Of a stretch of DNA of 64,000 nt, positions 1-11,790 are shown one piece after another. Position numbers and translations under genes: made by a program. Each line of letters begins with the position of its first letter. The first letter of the stretch is position 1. The notes below the pieces were generated by a model. The model was not told the DNA's origin, made no database searches, and saw only the letters and a list, made by a program, of their open reading frames with translations. Source of the stretch: Ctenodactylus gundi (taxonomy: Eukaryota); assembly GCA_048771875.1 (NCBI GenBank), contig CM109709.1:44260541-44324540 (forward strand). Reading direction: 5' to 3'.

Positions 1-261
1 GCTTTATATGGTACTGGGGAATTGAACTTATGGCCTTGCACTTGCTAGGCAAGCACTTCTAACAGCTGTGCCATTCCTCCAGCCTATTCCTCCAGCTCTT
101 TCCATAATTGCTATTAATGACAGCATCCTGGTACCCAGAGCTTTATCTCTGAAGTCCCTCATGTTAGCCACTAGCAGCGGGCTAATCTGGCTAGTTAGCC
201 CTAGCCCTGGTAGTGAAATCCTCTATGAAATGCAAATCTTTTTGCAAACTTTATGTCCTTT

Positions 262-487
262 TTTTTTTTTTCAATACAGGGTCTCACTCTGTGGTCCAGG
301 CTCATCCTGAACTCACTGTGTAGCCCAGGCAGGCCTCAAATTCACAGCAGTCCTCTTGCCTCAGCCTCCTGAGTGCTGGGATTTCAGGTGTGCACCACCA
401 CGCCCAGCCTGTGGGGTGCTATGGAATAGAACCCAGGGCCTTATGCTTCCTGAGCATGTACTTCACCTGCTGAGCTATGTCCCTAGT
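262..487 (-). repeat. Composite ID-like + B1-like SINE (minus orientation; poly-T 262-276)
   Basis: Reverse complement of the tRNA-like head plus GCCGGGCGTGGTGGCGCACGCCTGTAATCCCAGCACTC core. The ORF-track peptides SCLSLLSAGITGVHHH recur across copies. Confidence 0.8.
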
Positions 488-1197
488 CTATGAACTTCAT
501 GTCTTTCCTTGGACCTGCAACCTCTCTGTTCATGTCTTTTTTTTTTTTTTTGACAATTTCTAATAGGTTTATTGATCTTTGGTTTACTGGATGCTTCAAG
601 GAACTTTGTGTAGTAGAGAGAATAACTTTTTAATGTATTCATATATTTTCCAAATTTGTCATTTCCCTTTTGATTTTCACTCATATTGAATTTTTAAATT
701 TGCATGTAGTTAAATTTATTATTTTTTTCTTTTTTAATTAAACTTTTTTCTCTTCATGTATTAATTTTTGTAGTTTTGAATAGGTAATACGTGTGCGTTG
801 TTCATATATTTCTAGGAAATCACTTCATATTTTATTTTATTGATCCAACATGCAATTTTAACTGCTAACTAGTATTCCTTCGATACACTACTTCTGCTTA
901 GTATGAGCAGATAGAAAACATCATAAGGGCCCTTTTGTTCTGACACCCAATGACTGTATGATGTCTGCCAGCAGGAGATAGAAGTAGGAAGGCGCAGTGC
1001 CTTGGTTCTGTGCCTTATCTCTGACTGCTCTCTTCAGTGTCTTTTAAAACCCTAGTCACAGAAGCCAGGCCTAGTGGAGCAGTCCTGTAAGCCCAGCACT
1101 CTGGGAAGCTGAGCTAGAAGGATCACAAGTTTGAGCTCAGCCTGGGCAACTTAATGAATTGGTAAGACCCGGTCTCCACATAAAAATTTTAAGAATG

Positions 1198-1432
1198 AGG
1201 GGCTAGAGAAATGGCTCAGCAGTCAAGCACTAAGCACAGAGTTCAGTGCCCCAGTACCATGTAAACTAGGCATGGTGGCGCATGCCTGTAATCCCAGCAC
1301 TCAGGCTGGAGGCAGGAGGATGGCTGTGAATCTAAGGCCAGCCTGGGCTCCATAGTGAGTTCAGGACTAGCCTGGGCTACAGAGCAAACCCTGTCACAAA
1401 ACGAAAAAAAAAAAAAAAAAAAAAACTAAAAA
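1198..1432 (+). repeat. Composite SINE (tRNA-like head + B1 body) with A23 tail
   Basis: Head gggctagagaaatggctcagcagtcaagcac...; body ggcatggtggcgcatgcctgtaatcccagcactcaggctggaggcaggagg...; poly-A at 1406-1430. Confidence 0.8.
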
Positions 1433-1988
1433 TCAGCTGAGGTTGTAACTCAGTATGAAGACCTTCGGATCTTGGGATCAATCCTCAGTACCATCAAAAT
1501 ATAAATATTAGTTGTGTTTTCTCTGAATGCCTCCAGATCGGGTCAGGTCTGGGATGGCACAGATGTGGCCTTGGTCTTAGCAGGGCTGACATTTTCCTCC
1601 TCTCAACTCATTGTCAGATTTCAGAAGCTGGTGAACAAAAGGTCCAAGTAGAACTGTCCCAACAAGATGTCATCTAAGGAAATAAGCCATAATAGCACTG
1701 GTTCTATACAGAGCATTGGAATTATTCTCACTTGAGAAATAATCATCAGAGATGGATTTGGAGTTGGAAAGCACAGATGACTAGAAAATATCTGCAGGGG
1801 CAACAGAAGCAGGAGGAGCCAGTCGATACAGGATATTAGAGTAGATGGTGCTAGGAAGCTTCCAGGTGCCCACTCTAAGACCTGTGTCCCCCACTAGCCT
1901 GAAAATTACTGGACCCTGTGACCAAGGATGAGTCCCTGGTGTATGTAACTTACATTTGCAACATGTTTATTGTTCTCTCACCCATCAG

Positions 1989-2085
1989 ACCAATCTCCAA
2001 TTTAACAACAACAAGTACTACCTTATTCAGCTCCTAGAAGATGATGTCCAGAGATGCTTCAGTGTGTGGATGAGATGGGGCCGAG
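1989..2085 (+). CDS. Parp2: PARP2 exon (WGR domain start)
   Basis: Acceptor cccatcag|ACC, donor CGAG|gtaatg. Encodes TNLQFNNNKYYLIQLLEDDVQRCFSVWMRWGR, matching the PARP2 WGR region. Phase 0 in, phase 1 out. Confidence 0.9.
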
Positions 2086-2102
2086 GTAATGACATTTACT
2101 GG

Positions 2103-2395
2103 AGTTAGGCCAGACATGGTGGTGTATGCCTGTAATCCTGTTGCTCTGGGAAGCTAAGACAGGAAGATCACAAGGTCAAGCCCAGTCTGGGCAACTTAGT
2201 GTGCTAGCATGACACTTGCAAGTAAATAGTAAAAAGTAGCTGGGTGTGGTGGTGCATGTGTGTAATCTCAGCGCACTGGAGGCTGAGACAGAAAGAGTAC
2301 TATGAGTTTGTTTGAATCCAGCCTAGGGTCCCAAGTGAGTTCAGGACCAGCCTAGACTATAGAGTGAGAGTCTGTTTCAAAAAAAGAAAGAAAGA
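2103..2395 (+). repeat. Two tandem B1-like SINE copies (2103-2215, 2236-2395)
   Basis: Both contain the ggtggtg[ct]atgc[ct]tgtaatc...gagttcaggaccagcctag core. Located in a Parp2 intron. Confidence 0.75.
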
Positions 2396-2744
2396 TGAAA
2401 ACAGCAAGCAAGCAAGACAGCAAAAAGGAGCTAGGGAATGTAACTCAGTAGAATAAATGGCTGGGTTTAAATTAGATAATTGGAGGCTATGGAGTGTGGG
2501 GAGGCCTTAGAAATCAAGGTAGGCTTCTTCAAGTCAGAGAACAGCAGGCATCTCCATCAGGAAGCCAGCACTGGCAAGATCAGAGCAGCACGTTGAGCCC
2601 TAGGACTCCTGCAGTAGGACTGCCAGGACTACACAAGCTGTTTCAGCTAGCAGGTTCTCTTAGCACTTTTACCTTTTCCTTCTTTTCCTGTCCATCATGA
2701 GGTGGTAAGCAGAGAGATCTTACAGTGCTGCCTTGTTATTCTTT

Positions 2745-2947
2745 TGGTAGTCTAGGCTGGTCCTCAACACACTATGGAGCCCAGGCTGGCCTCGGACTCA
2801 CTGCAATCCTCCTGCCTCACCCTCCCAAGTGCTGGGATTACAGACATGAGATACCATGCCAAATTTGTGTGGAGTTGGGAATCGAACTCAGGGCCTTGTA
2901 CTTGGTCGGCAAGCACTCTAATCACTGAGATACACCGCTAGCCCAGC
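2745..2947 (-). repeat. Composite ID+B1 SINE (minus orientation)
   Basis: RC-B1 core tcctcctgcctcaccctcccaagtgctgggattacag followed by the RC tRNA-like head ggagttgggaatcgaactcagggccttg... Confidence 0.75.
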
Positions 2948-3020
2948 TCCCTACTCTTGAGGAATGGGTCTTGGGGTACAGGACATATAACCTTATCTTA
3001 AGTGTCGCATTTTCTTTGCA

Positions 3021-3096
3021 GTTGGGAAAATGGGCCAGCACAGCCTGGTAGCCTGTTCAGGAGACCTTAACAAGGCCAAGGAAATATTTCAGAAGA
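3021..3096 (+). CDS. Parp2: PARP2 exon
   Basis: Acceptor ttctttgcag|TT, donor AGAA|gtaagt. Encodes VGKMGQHSLVACSGDLNKAKEIFQKK. Phase-consistent with flanking exons. Confidence 0.9.
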
Positions 3097-3796
3097 AGTA
3101 AGTGCCAAGAAATGAATACAAAGAACATCTCATTTCTTTTTCAATCTGTCTTCTTAATTTTTTTTTGATTTAACCTAAATGTTAGTTTTTTCCTGCCCTT
3201 GAAATCTGTGATTAGAATCAAATTACATTTTTAGTTGGTGATTATTAGGTCAACCTAGAGCTTTTAAATTCATTGAAACAGAATCATCTTTTTGGCCCAC
3301 ATTTGAGAAATTTGAAAAAAAAAGGACAATATCTAGCTAGAATTTTAAAAACATTTACTACTGAATGGGGTCTCTGAGAATATACTTCTACTCAGAATCA
3401 CATAGATGCCATTTGTCTTAGCTATGTATTTATTTGTTAATTAATTTGTTTTCTGTTCTGGGAACTGAACCAAAGGCCTCATATGTGCTAGGCCAGTGCT
3501 GAACCACTGAGTTGCTTCTCCAGCCCCATAGATATTTTTTAAATTCTCAATGACCTTTGTTGTGTTAGGAAACTTTGAGAACCCTGGAATGCCCCCACCA
3601 TCATTTTTTTAAAATTCCTTTAGTCCGGAGTTTCTGCCCACTGAGTGTCCTAATGTAGATTTATGGAAAGCTGATAGAGAAAGGAGCTTTGTGAGGGGAA
3701 ATACATTTTTATGGAGATTTACTATCTAAAGAAACGGTTTTTTTCTAGTAGCTTTACCTTTATTTGTAAAGTTTCTCATCACCTTGGGTTCTGTAG

Positions 3797-3899
3797 ATTC
3801 TTTGACAAAACAAAAAACAATTGGGAAGATCGTGAGAAGTTTGAGAAGGTGCCTGGAAAATATGATATGCTGCAGATGGACTATGCTGCCAACACTCAG
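3797..3899 (+). CDS. Parp2: PARP2 exon
   Basis: Acceptor ctgtag|A, donor CAG|gtaaac. Encodes (K)FFDKTKNNWEDREKFEKVPGKYDMLQMDYAANTQ. Coordinates fixed from ORF 3711..3932 codon arithmetic. Confidence 0.9.
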
Positions 3900-4543
3900 G
3901 TAAACCCTGGAGGAAAGGTGCATAGGATCTAGCTGGATGGCTTAGATCTGGCTATGACGAGAACAAGCCAGCCACAGCACCCAGCATCATTGCTGATCCC
4001 CACCTCAAGGGTCGTTCTGGCTGACTTCTGTCATCTCGTAGGGGCAGAAAGAAAAGGCTATCGGAGCCTTCCTAGTCTCAGCTCTGTTATTTACGAAGTC
4101 TCTTAGGAAATCTGAGGCCCTACTTCCAGAAGTTGGATGTCACGGGCCAAGAGAGGAGTAAGAAACAAGCAAACAGAAAATTGCCTGTTAAGTTGTCTTC
4201 ACTTCAGGTTCTATACCACAGTAAAGAAAGGAGTTTTGAGTAACTGAGGTGCCTAGGATGCTGAGAACTGTCACATCACATATCTGAAAAACAAAGATGC
4301 TGCCAGATGATTTGAGACATAATAGCTGTCTTTACATACTTAACCATCACCAGAAAGGCCTTAAATTTAAGCTTGGAGTGTTTCTCATCAGAGGTAGAAG
4401 CGACATAGTGTACCATAAGTAGGTTAATAATGGAATACGCCTTTGCTCGTAGTCTGATTGAGGATGACACTGTTGAACTACTCTTTTCAGGATGCTAAAA
4501 TAGATCCTTTCAGGTTTTAAGGATTTTGTCTGTCTTCCTATAG

Positions 4544-4706
4544 GAAGATAATGAAACAAAACAAGAGGACCCTCTTCAAGCCCCCTTAAAACCAGAGTCA
4601 CAGCTAGATGTTCGGGTACAGGAGCTGATAAAGTTGATCTGTAACATTCAGGCCATGGAAGAGATGGTGGTTGAAATGAAGTATGACACCAAGAAGGCCC
4701 CCCTTG
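4544..4706 (+). CDS. Parp2: PARP2 exon
   Basis: Acceptor ttcctatag|GAA, donor CTTG|gtaaga. Encodes EDNETKQEDPLQAPLKPESQLDVRVQELIKLICNIQAMEEMVVEMKYDTKKAPL. Confidence 0.9.
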
Positions 4707-4954
4707 GTAAGACCGCAGATTCTGTCCTGCCTTCCGTCTGCATATTTCCTACTTCCTCTGACGGGACACTTCAGCATGTCGTGATTTAAAGCTTGCTGAT
4801 AGTGCTGAATGAAGAAAGTAGGAGTTGCGGTAAGAGTTTGTGCAGGGGAGGAGGAACTATTTGAAAAGTTGAAGCCTTTGATGATTAGGGATGTAAGTTA
4901 TCACTTATAGGATGGGACTGTAGTTTGGAGTCTGATTTTTGTCTGGGCCTGCAG

Positions 4955-5093
4955 GGAAGCTGACGGTGGCACAAATCAGGGCAGGTTACCAGTCTCTTAA
5001 GAAGATTGAAGACTGTATCCGGGCTGGCCAGCGTGGCCGAGCTCTCCTAGAAGCGTGCAACGAATTCTACACCAGGATCCCCCATGACTTTGG
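4955..5093 (+). CDS. Parp2: PARP2 exon
   Basis: Acceptor gcctgcag|GG, donor TTTGG|gtaagt. Encodes GKLTVAQIRAGYQSLKKIEDCIRAGQRGRALLEACNEFYTRIPHDF. Confidence 0.9.
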
Positions 5094-5184
5094 GTAAGTC
5101 AGTGCTCACTGTGCTCTTCTACCCACCTGTGCTCGCTGTACTACTCAGTAACAGCTAAGATCCTTTTAATCTTTTATTTCTTTT

Positions 5185-5415
5185 CTTTTCTTTTTTAAGA
5201 CAGGGTCTCACTCTTTAGCCCGGGCTGGTCCTGAACTCACTGTGGAACCCAGGCTAGTCTTAGACTTATGGCAATCATCCTGCCTTAGCCTCCAGAGTGC
5301 TGGGATTACAGGTGTGTGCCACCACACCCAGCTTATGTGGTGCTGAGGAATCAAACTCAGGGCCTTGAACTTGCAAGGCAAGTGCTTTAAGTACTGTGCC
5401 ATTCCTCCAGCCCTG
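5185..5415 (-). repeat. Composite ID+B1 SINE (minus orientation) in a Parp2 intron
   Basis: Segment ttttaagacagggtctcactctttagcccgggctggtcctgaactcac...gctgggattacaggtgtgtgccaccacacccagc...ggaatcaaactcagggcc. Confidence 0.75.
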
Positions 5416-5797
5416 AATCTTTTATTCCTAAGAACATTATCTTCTGAAATAAATACTCAGCCAGAATGAGTTATAGATAGCTTATCTATAAATGTAATCA
5501 GTTTCAAAATATGAGATGCCATCTTCAGGCCTGATTACAGTCATGTTTTCTGACCCAGTAGGGTTACCACCTTCAACCAGCTTTGACCAAATAGTTACCT
5601 GGGTAGTAGTAGCTACCTGATCACTCAGAAAAACACCTTCAGGCCTATCATCCCTTTTTTTTTCTTCTTTCAGGTGACTATAGCTGCACTATCTTAGTAT
5701 TTAGTAAACATTTAACATTCCTTTGTCTGCTGTTTTTAGTCATGTCCTTTTATTCACAAACCAAGCAGTTCGTTATGGGTTCTGTCTTTGTCTTTAG

Positions 5798-5861
5798 ACT
5801 CCGTACCCCTCCATTAATCCGCACAGAGAAAGAACTGTCGGACAAAGTCCAGCTGCTGGAG
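5798..5861 (+). CDS. Parp2: PARP2 exon
   Basis: Acceptor tctttag|A, donor GGAG|gtgagt. Encodes GLRTPPLIRTEKELSDKVQLLE. Confidence 0.9.
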
Positions 5862-5939
5862 GTGAGTTTTAGATGCATTGGGAGTACTACGTCTCTTCTC
5901 CCAAGTTCCTGATCTCGGTCCTTTATCTCATCTTCTCAG

Positions 5940-6074
5940 GCCTTGGGAGACATCGAAATCGCCATTAAGCTAGTGAAGACAGAACTGCAAAGCCCAGAAC
6001 ACCCACTAGACCAACACTACAGAAAACTTCACTGTGCCTTGCAACCTCTAAACCATGAAAGTTATGAGTTCAAA
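5940..6074 (+). CDS. Parp2: PARP2 exon (helical regulatory region)
   Basis: Acceptor tcttctcag|G, donor CAAA|gtaaga. Encodes ALGDIEIAIKLVKTELQSPEHPLDQHYRKLHCALQPLNHESYEFK. Coordinates agree with ORF 5943..6386. Confidence 0.9.
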
Positions 6075-6309
6075 GTAAGAAAAATAATCAGTTATTCTCA
6101 TATTCTTATAAGATTCTCCCTCATCCTTCTGTTCTCTGCTGCTGCTGCTACTGGAAAGGTACCTTTAAATAGGGCAACAGAGGCAGACCTTTCTCTAACT
6201 GCTTTAGGAAACTGTGGGAGCAGAAAGTCCTGTGACGGCCTGCCAGAGCCCTCAGAGCCCTATCTCTTTCAAGGCCACCTCAGGCATTCCTTTCCGTTCT
6301 TTCCCACAG

Positions 6310-6437
6310 GTGATTTCCCAGTACCTGCAGTCCACCCATGCTCCCACCCACAGCGACTATACGATGACCCTGCTGGATGTTTTTGAAGTAGAAAAGGAGA
6401 GCGAGAAAGAGGCCTTCAGAGAGGACCTTCATAACAG
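6310..6437 (+). CDS. Parp2: PARP2 exon
   Basis: Acceptor ttcccacag|GTG, donor AACAG|gtctga. Encodes VISQYLQSTHAPTHSDYTMTLLDVFEVEKESEKEAFREDLHN(R). Coordinates from ORF 6214..6570 arithmetic. Confidence 0.9.
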
Positions 6438-6541
6438 GTCTGAGTCTGGCTTCGGGGCCTGGAAAACATTTGCCAGCCTGCTGTTGTTTTTATGTTCTGT
6501 TCACAGGAGAGCAGCAGCATATAGTAATTGCTTTTCCTTAG

Positions 6542-6641
6542 GATGTTGCTGTGGCACGGTTCCCGGCTGAGCAACTGGGTGGGAATCCTGAGCCATGGGC
6601 TTCGAATTGCCCCACCCGAGGCACCCATCACAGGCTACATG
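6542..6641 (+). CDS. Parp2: PARP2 exon (catalytic domain)
   Basis: Acceptor ttttccttag|G, donor ACATG|gtgagt. Encodes [33 protein letters not shown], containing the H-G-S nicotinamide-site motif. Confidence 0.9.
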
Positions 6642-6991
6642 GTGAGTCCAAATTGAACTCAGAGGAACACAAGGGGAAAAGGATACAACCAGATTCTCAG
6701 TCATGTCCTTAATTTTGTCTTTTCTAGATTAAGTGGTACTTTTCTCCCCAGAATTAAAACAGCTCAGTTATCACCCTGTCTCTTAGTGTGTTCCTTTCTT
6801 TAAACTCCAAAAGATATCTGTCCATTCCCTGAAAATGGTTTCTACCCCCTCTGGGAGAGAGTTGTAAAGAATAATGGAGGAGGGTCTACCTTGTGTTTAA
6901 GAGACTGGAAAAAGAAGGGCCAGTGGTATGAGCTTTCCTTGTAACATAACGGGTTAAATAACTGACCGTGGTTGTTGTTTATAAATTTCAG

Positions 6992-7090
6992 TTTGGAAAA
7001 GGGATTTACTTTGCTGACATGTCCTCCAAGAGTGCCAATTACTGTTTTGCATCCCGCCTGAAGAACATAGGACTGCTGCTTTTATCAGAG
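6992..7090 (+). CDS. Parp2: PARP2 exon (catalytic domain)
   Basis: Acceptor aatttcag|TTT, donor CAGAG|gtgagg. Encodes [33 protein letters not shown]. Confidence 0.9.
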
Positions 7091-7342
7091 GTGAGGCAGA
7101 AGCACGTCTGTAATCTCTAGTTTGTTTTTAATTCCTTTTTTTTTTCTCCAATGAGAAAAGTTTCACTGCAGAACCAAGAGGTTCTTCTGAGACCCCTTGA
7201 GGGAAGCTACATGGAATTCCCATTGCATTCACTTCCTTTGGTTGAGTAAGGGGAGAAAATCAGATGGGAAATTTCCTGCTTGGCTTTAGGGCTACCTAAT
7301 TCTCAACTGTATATAAGCATTCAAAAGTCTTTTGCTTTACAG

Positions 7343-7467
7343 GTAGCTCTAGGTCAGTGTAATGAGCTCCTACAGGCCAATCCTAAGGCAGAAGAATTAC
7401 TTCAGGGCAAACACAGCACCAAGGGGCTAGGCAAGATGGCTCCCAGTCCTGCCCACTTCGTCACCCT
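7343..7467 (+). CDS. Parp2: PARP2 exon (catalytic domain)
   Basis: Acceptor tgctttacag|GTA, donor ACCCT|gtgagt. Encodes VALGQCNELLQANPKAEELLQGKHSTKGLGKMAPSPAHFVT(L). Coordinates from ORF 7280..7471. Confidence 0.9.
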
Positions 7468-7587
7468 GTGAGTATTCAAAACCAAGAGGGCTACAAGACT
7501 TCTTTTAAACAGAGAAGACATTTTACTTTCTCTATTCCAACTTCTTAACCAAAGGCTAATGTTGACATATTTTCTTCCACTTGATAG

Positions 7588-7747
7588 GAATGGGAGTACA
7601 GTGCCATTAGGACCAGCAAGTGACACAGGAATTCTTAATCCAGTGGGTTACACCCTCAACTACAATGAGTTTATCGTCTATAATCCCAACCAGGTCCGTA
7701 TGCGATACCTTCTAAAGGTCCAGTTTAATTTCCTGCAGCTGTGGTGA
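7588..7747 (+). CDS. Parp2: PARP2 terminal coding exon (includes stop TGA 7745-7747)
   Basis: Acceptor ttgatag|G. Encodes NGSTVPLGPASDTGILNPVGYTLNYNEFIVYNPNQVRMRYLLKVQFNFLQLW*, the conserved PARP2 C-terminus. Coordinates from ORF 7559..7747. Confidence 0.92.
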
Positions 7748-7869
7748 ATGTTGATCCTAAACAGAAGGGTACAGTCTTCAAGCAAGAAAATAAGCAGTGT
7801 TGGTACTTAGAAAACTTCTGTGGGTTTATTTTTGTTTTGGGGTATTTTTTGTTTTGTTTGGGTTTTTTG

Positions 7870-8045
7870 TTTTTGCTGGTCCTGGGGAGTGAAGTCAAGG
7901 CCTTCACATTGAACTACATCCCCAGCCCTTCATTCATTTTTTATTTTGAGACCATGTCTTACTCAGTTGCCCAGACTGGGCTGAACTTGTCATCCTTTTG
8001 CCTCTCAGAATGCTGGGACCTTAGGCATGTGCCACTATACCTAAC
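7870..8045 (-). repeat. SINE inserted in the Parp2 3'UTR
   Basis: Segment gtcctggggagtgaagtcaaggccttcacattgaactacatccccagccc...gcccagactgggctgaacttg...gaatgctgggaccttaggcatgtgccactatacc. Lies between the Parp2 stop (7747) and AATAAA (8064). Confidence 0.7.
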
Positions 8046-8063
8046 TTTTTTGATACTTTATAT

Positions 8064-8069
8064 AATAAA
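8064..8069 (+). promoter_or_regulatory. Parp2: Parp2 polyadenylation signal AATAAA
   Basis: First AATAAA downstream of the stop codon (tataATAAAAtt). No AATAAA or ATTAAA lies between 7748 and 8063. The implied 3'UTR of ~330 nt includes a SINE. Confidence 0.6.
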
Positions 8070-9279
8070 ATTAAAACGACAGATGCCTTTCTTGGGCTTT
8101 GCTTCTGCAAACACTTATTTCTTCCAACATTCGTACATCTTCATTTCTGGAATACAAAGTACCATTGCTCCGTCAGCCAGCTCACTGCAGGGCATTCAGG
8201 ACACTGGTCTTCCACAGCATTGTAGCCTTGAACATTGAGTGACACTTAAGGTGGCTACTAATGCTTTACTGTGTCTTCTGCAAACTAGAATTTATTGAAC
8301 ATTACTGTAGGAAAGGTGGACTTACCAAAGGCTGCTTGAATTGGTGGCTTCTCCTCATCCGGATCTTCATTGCCATTTTCCTCTTCCAGGTTTCTTGCCA
8401 TTTAACATCATAATCCTTATTAGCTATCCAAAGAATTGTGAAATCCTTGGAGGACTGTCACTAAGCCAAAATATGGGGAGGAAGAAGAGAAGTGGGTGGA
8501 GTTTTTATATAATCTCTATCTAAGAAGTACTGAAGTCCAGGTCAGGTCCAGAGACTTCCTGGTTATTTTAAACACCTGCAGCGTACCTCCTCAACAACAA
8601 TGAAGGTTGTTTGCCAAGCACATACTGTACTGCTGAGCTACCCCACCCTTCCTTTATTGAATGCTGTTTAAGTGAAAACATCAATTTAGCCTTTTAGTAA
8701 CCAGATCCTCAAAATTGTAAATACGTATACACCCTGTCACCTAAAACTTAAGAGATGTGTCTGTTTGTATAGATGATAATCACTAAGTATGTAGACAAAA
8801 CCAGATAAAGATTAGCACAAGAAAGTTATAGACCAGTATCCCTTAAGGAGACTGTTCCATTCATAATAATGCTAAGAATAACTGTGGAAGGTGGGAGTGT
8901 GGACCAGTGGTAGAGCACTTGCCTAAGAATTCACAGGCCGTGGGTTTGATCCCCAGCTCCAGATAATGGAAAAAAGTATATTTAGTAGTAGATTTAACCA
9001 GTGAAGTGCAGATCTTGTACACTGTAAACTGTAAAACTTTTTTTAATAAATTTTTTGAGATAGGGTCTCACTCTATAGTACAAACTGGTTCTAAGCTCAC
9101 TATATAGCCCAGAACTCACAGCAATCTTCCTGCCTCAGCCTTCCCAGTGCTAGGATTATAGATGTGCACCACCACACCCAGCTTATGTGGTGCTGGGGAA
9201 TCAAACTCAGGTACTCAGTGCTTGCTAGGCAAGCATTTTAACAACTGAGCTATTTCTCCAGACCTGTAAAACTTTTTTA

Positions 9280-9535
9280 AGAGAGGCTGGAGGGATGGCT
9301 CAGTGGTTAAAGTGCTTGCCTAGCAAGCATTAAGTCTGGTGCTAAGTATCCAAGTTCAATTCCCAAGCACCACATAAGCCAGGCGTGATGGAGCATGCCT
9401 GTAATCCCAGCACTCAGGAGGCTGAGGCAGGAGGATTGCCTTGAGTCCAAGGCCAGACTGGGTTCCATGGTGAATTCTGGACCAGCCTGAACTACAGAAT
9501 GAGACTATGTCTCAAAAAAAAAAAAAAAAAATTGT
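9280..9535 (+). repeat. Composite SINE (B2/ID-like head + B1 body, A17 tail)
   Basis: Head gaggctggagggatggctcagtggttaaagtgcttgcctagcaagcat...; body gccaggcgtgatggagcatgcctgtaatcccagcactcaggaggctgaggcaggaggattgc... Confidence 0.8.
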
Positions 9536-11084
9536 TAAAGAAACTCAGAACCTAAATAAATTGAAACTCATGAATTAAAATATTTAATAAAATCTTTTGT
9601 GCTAAAATATTTGAGACTTAAAATTCATATGGCACCCAAGGATTCTGAATAGCCAAAACATCTTGAAAATGAACAAAGATGGAGGACTTACTATAGAAAT
9701 GAAGACAAGGTGATAGTAGCATACAGCAGACATATAATGTAATAAAATTAAGAATTTAGAAACAATCCCATGGTCATTTGGTTTTGAGCAAGGTGCCAAG
9801 ACCATTCACGAGGAGCGGGTAGGGGGGTGGGGGGTGGGGTAAAAGATGTTTTAACAAATGGTGCTGAGACTACTTGGATATCACAAGCAAGGTAATGAAT
9901 TTGGAACAAATGCAAAAATGAACTCAGTCATCAATGTGAAAGCGAAAACCACAAAACTCAGAAAAAAAGGGGAAATCTATGTGATATCAGGTTAGGTAAC
10001 AGCTTCTAAGATTTAACAATAGTATAAGCAACCAAAAAAATTAAATTGATCTTCATCATCAGAACTTTTGTCCATCGAAGGATGCTGTTAAGAAAGTGAT
10101 GCCATGTGTGATGGGGCATACCTATAATTCAAGCTACTCAGAAGGCTGAGGCAGGAGAATGGCAAGTTCAAGCGCAGCCTGAGCAATTTACTGACTGACT
10201 TAAGACCCTGTGTCAAAATAATAAACAGGATGGGGATGTCGCTCATGTGAAGCTCTGGATTTGATCTCAGTACCCCTCCCCTCAAATATACAGGGTAAAA
10301 AGACAGCCCAGAGAATGAGAGATACTTGAAAGACATAATCTGGCAAAGGTCTAGTTTCCAGAATATATAACGTACTCTCACAATTCAACAATAAAAAAAA
10401 AAGACAACCCAACTAAACACAAGCAAAGAATTAGGCATTTTTCAAAAAAGAAATACAAATGGCTACATAAAAAGATGTTTTGTATCATTGGACATTAAAC
10501 AAACATGAGTCAAAACTACAATGAGATTACTACTTCATACCCTAATATGGCTATAATGGAAAAGAATGACATTAACCAGTCTGCAAAGATGTGGACTAAT
10601 GAGAACTTTTATACGTTGCTGGTAAGGATGTGAAGTGGTACAGTTGCCTTGGGAAGCACTTCTTCAAATAGTTTAAATGCAGTTATCATGAACCTACCAG
10701 TTCTACTCCTGGGTATACAACTAAGAGGATACAAAAGAATTATTCACAGAAGAATTTGCATACTAATGTTGGAAACAATATTTAAAAGATAAGTAAAACA
10801 ACCTGTTGAGGAATAAATAAATGGAGAGGGGATATGATTGCTGCTAGAAGAATTTAAAGTTATCTAGAAAATTTAATAAGAGAATTACATCACTTAGAGA
10901 CGCACAGAAATCCAGACTCATAAACAGGGCTAGGAGTGTAGCTCTCTGGTACAGCACTTGCCAAGCATTTGCAAGTTCCTGGATGTGAACCCCAGCACTG
11001 CAGATATATATCCATAAGTGAATGCTTAAGTTAGTTGGCAAAACAGGATTTTTAAATTTTATTTATTTATTTATTTATTTATTT

Positions 11085-11790
11085 TTGAGACAGGGTCTTG
11101 CTCTAGCCCTGGATGGTTCTGAACTCACTATGGAGCCCAGGTTGGCCTTGGACTCAAGACAATCCTCCTGCCTCAGCCTTCTGAGTGCTGGGATTACAGG
11201 TGTGGACTACCACACCCAGTTTATGTGGTGCTGGGGAATTGAACTCGGTACTTGCCATGAAAATGAAATAAGTCACACAAAATACAATCTCAAGGGCTGG
11301 AGGAATGGCTCAGCCATTAAAGTGCTTGCTTAAGGAAATACTAAGTACACAAGTTCAATTCTCCAGCACCACATAAACTGGACTCATCGGCACACACCTG
11401 TAATCCCAGCATTTAGGAGGCTGAGTCAGGAGGATTGCCCTGAGTCCAAGGCCGGCCTGGGCCCCATTGGGAGTTCAGGACCAGCCTGGGCTACAGAGCA
11501 AAACCTTGTCTCAAAAAAAAAAAATTAGTTAAAAAATATAACCTCAGGTTTTTTTTTTTTTTTTTTTTTTTGAGACAGGGTCTCACTCTGGTCCAGGCTG
11601 GTCCTGAACTCACTTCGGAGCCCAGACTGGCCTTGGACTTATGGCGATCTTCCTGCCTCAGCCTCCCGAGTGATGGAATTAAGGCGTGCGCCCCCATGCC
11701 CAGCTTATGTGGTGCTGGGGAATCAAACTAGGGTACTTAGCACTTGGTAGGCAAGCGCTTTAACTGATGAGCCATTCCTCCAGCCCCATT
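11085..11790. repeat. Cluster of three composite SINEs (11085-11262 minus, 11290-11525 plus, 11555-11790 minus) in the Parp2-Tep1 intergenic region
   Basis: Alternating orientations of the same ID+B1 consensus. The T18 run at 11555-11575 is the RC poly-A tail of the third copy. Confidence 0.75.

Noticed and set aside
1500-1988. Search for an upstream Parp2 exon (…GKAHVYCEG.DVYDVMLNQ) 5' of 1989
   Set aside because: No frame in 1-1988 encodes this peptide. The nearest candidate, cattgtcag|ATTTCAGAAGCTGG…, translates to ISEAGEQKVQ with no PARP2 similarity. The preceding exon is presumably upstream of the window.
11491-11697. Short ORFs inside SINEs, e.g. 11491..11697, 44370..44711 and 30496..30777, giving recurrent peptides such as LALDSWQPSCLSLLSAGITG
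   Set aside because: They are translations of B1/Alu-like SINE consensus that recur in every copy. Not genes.
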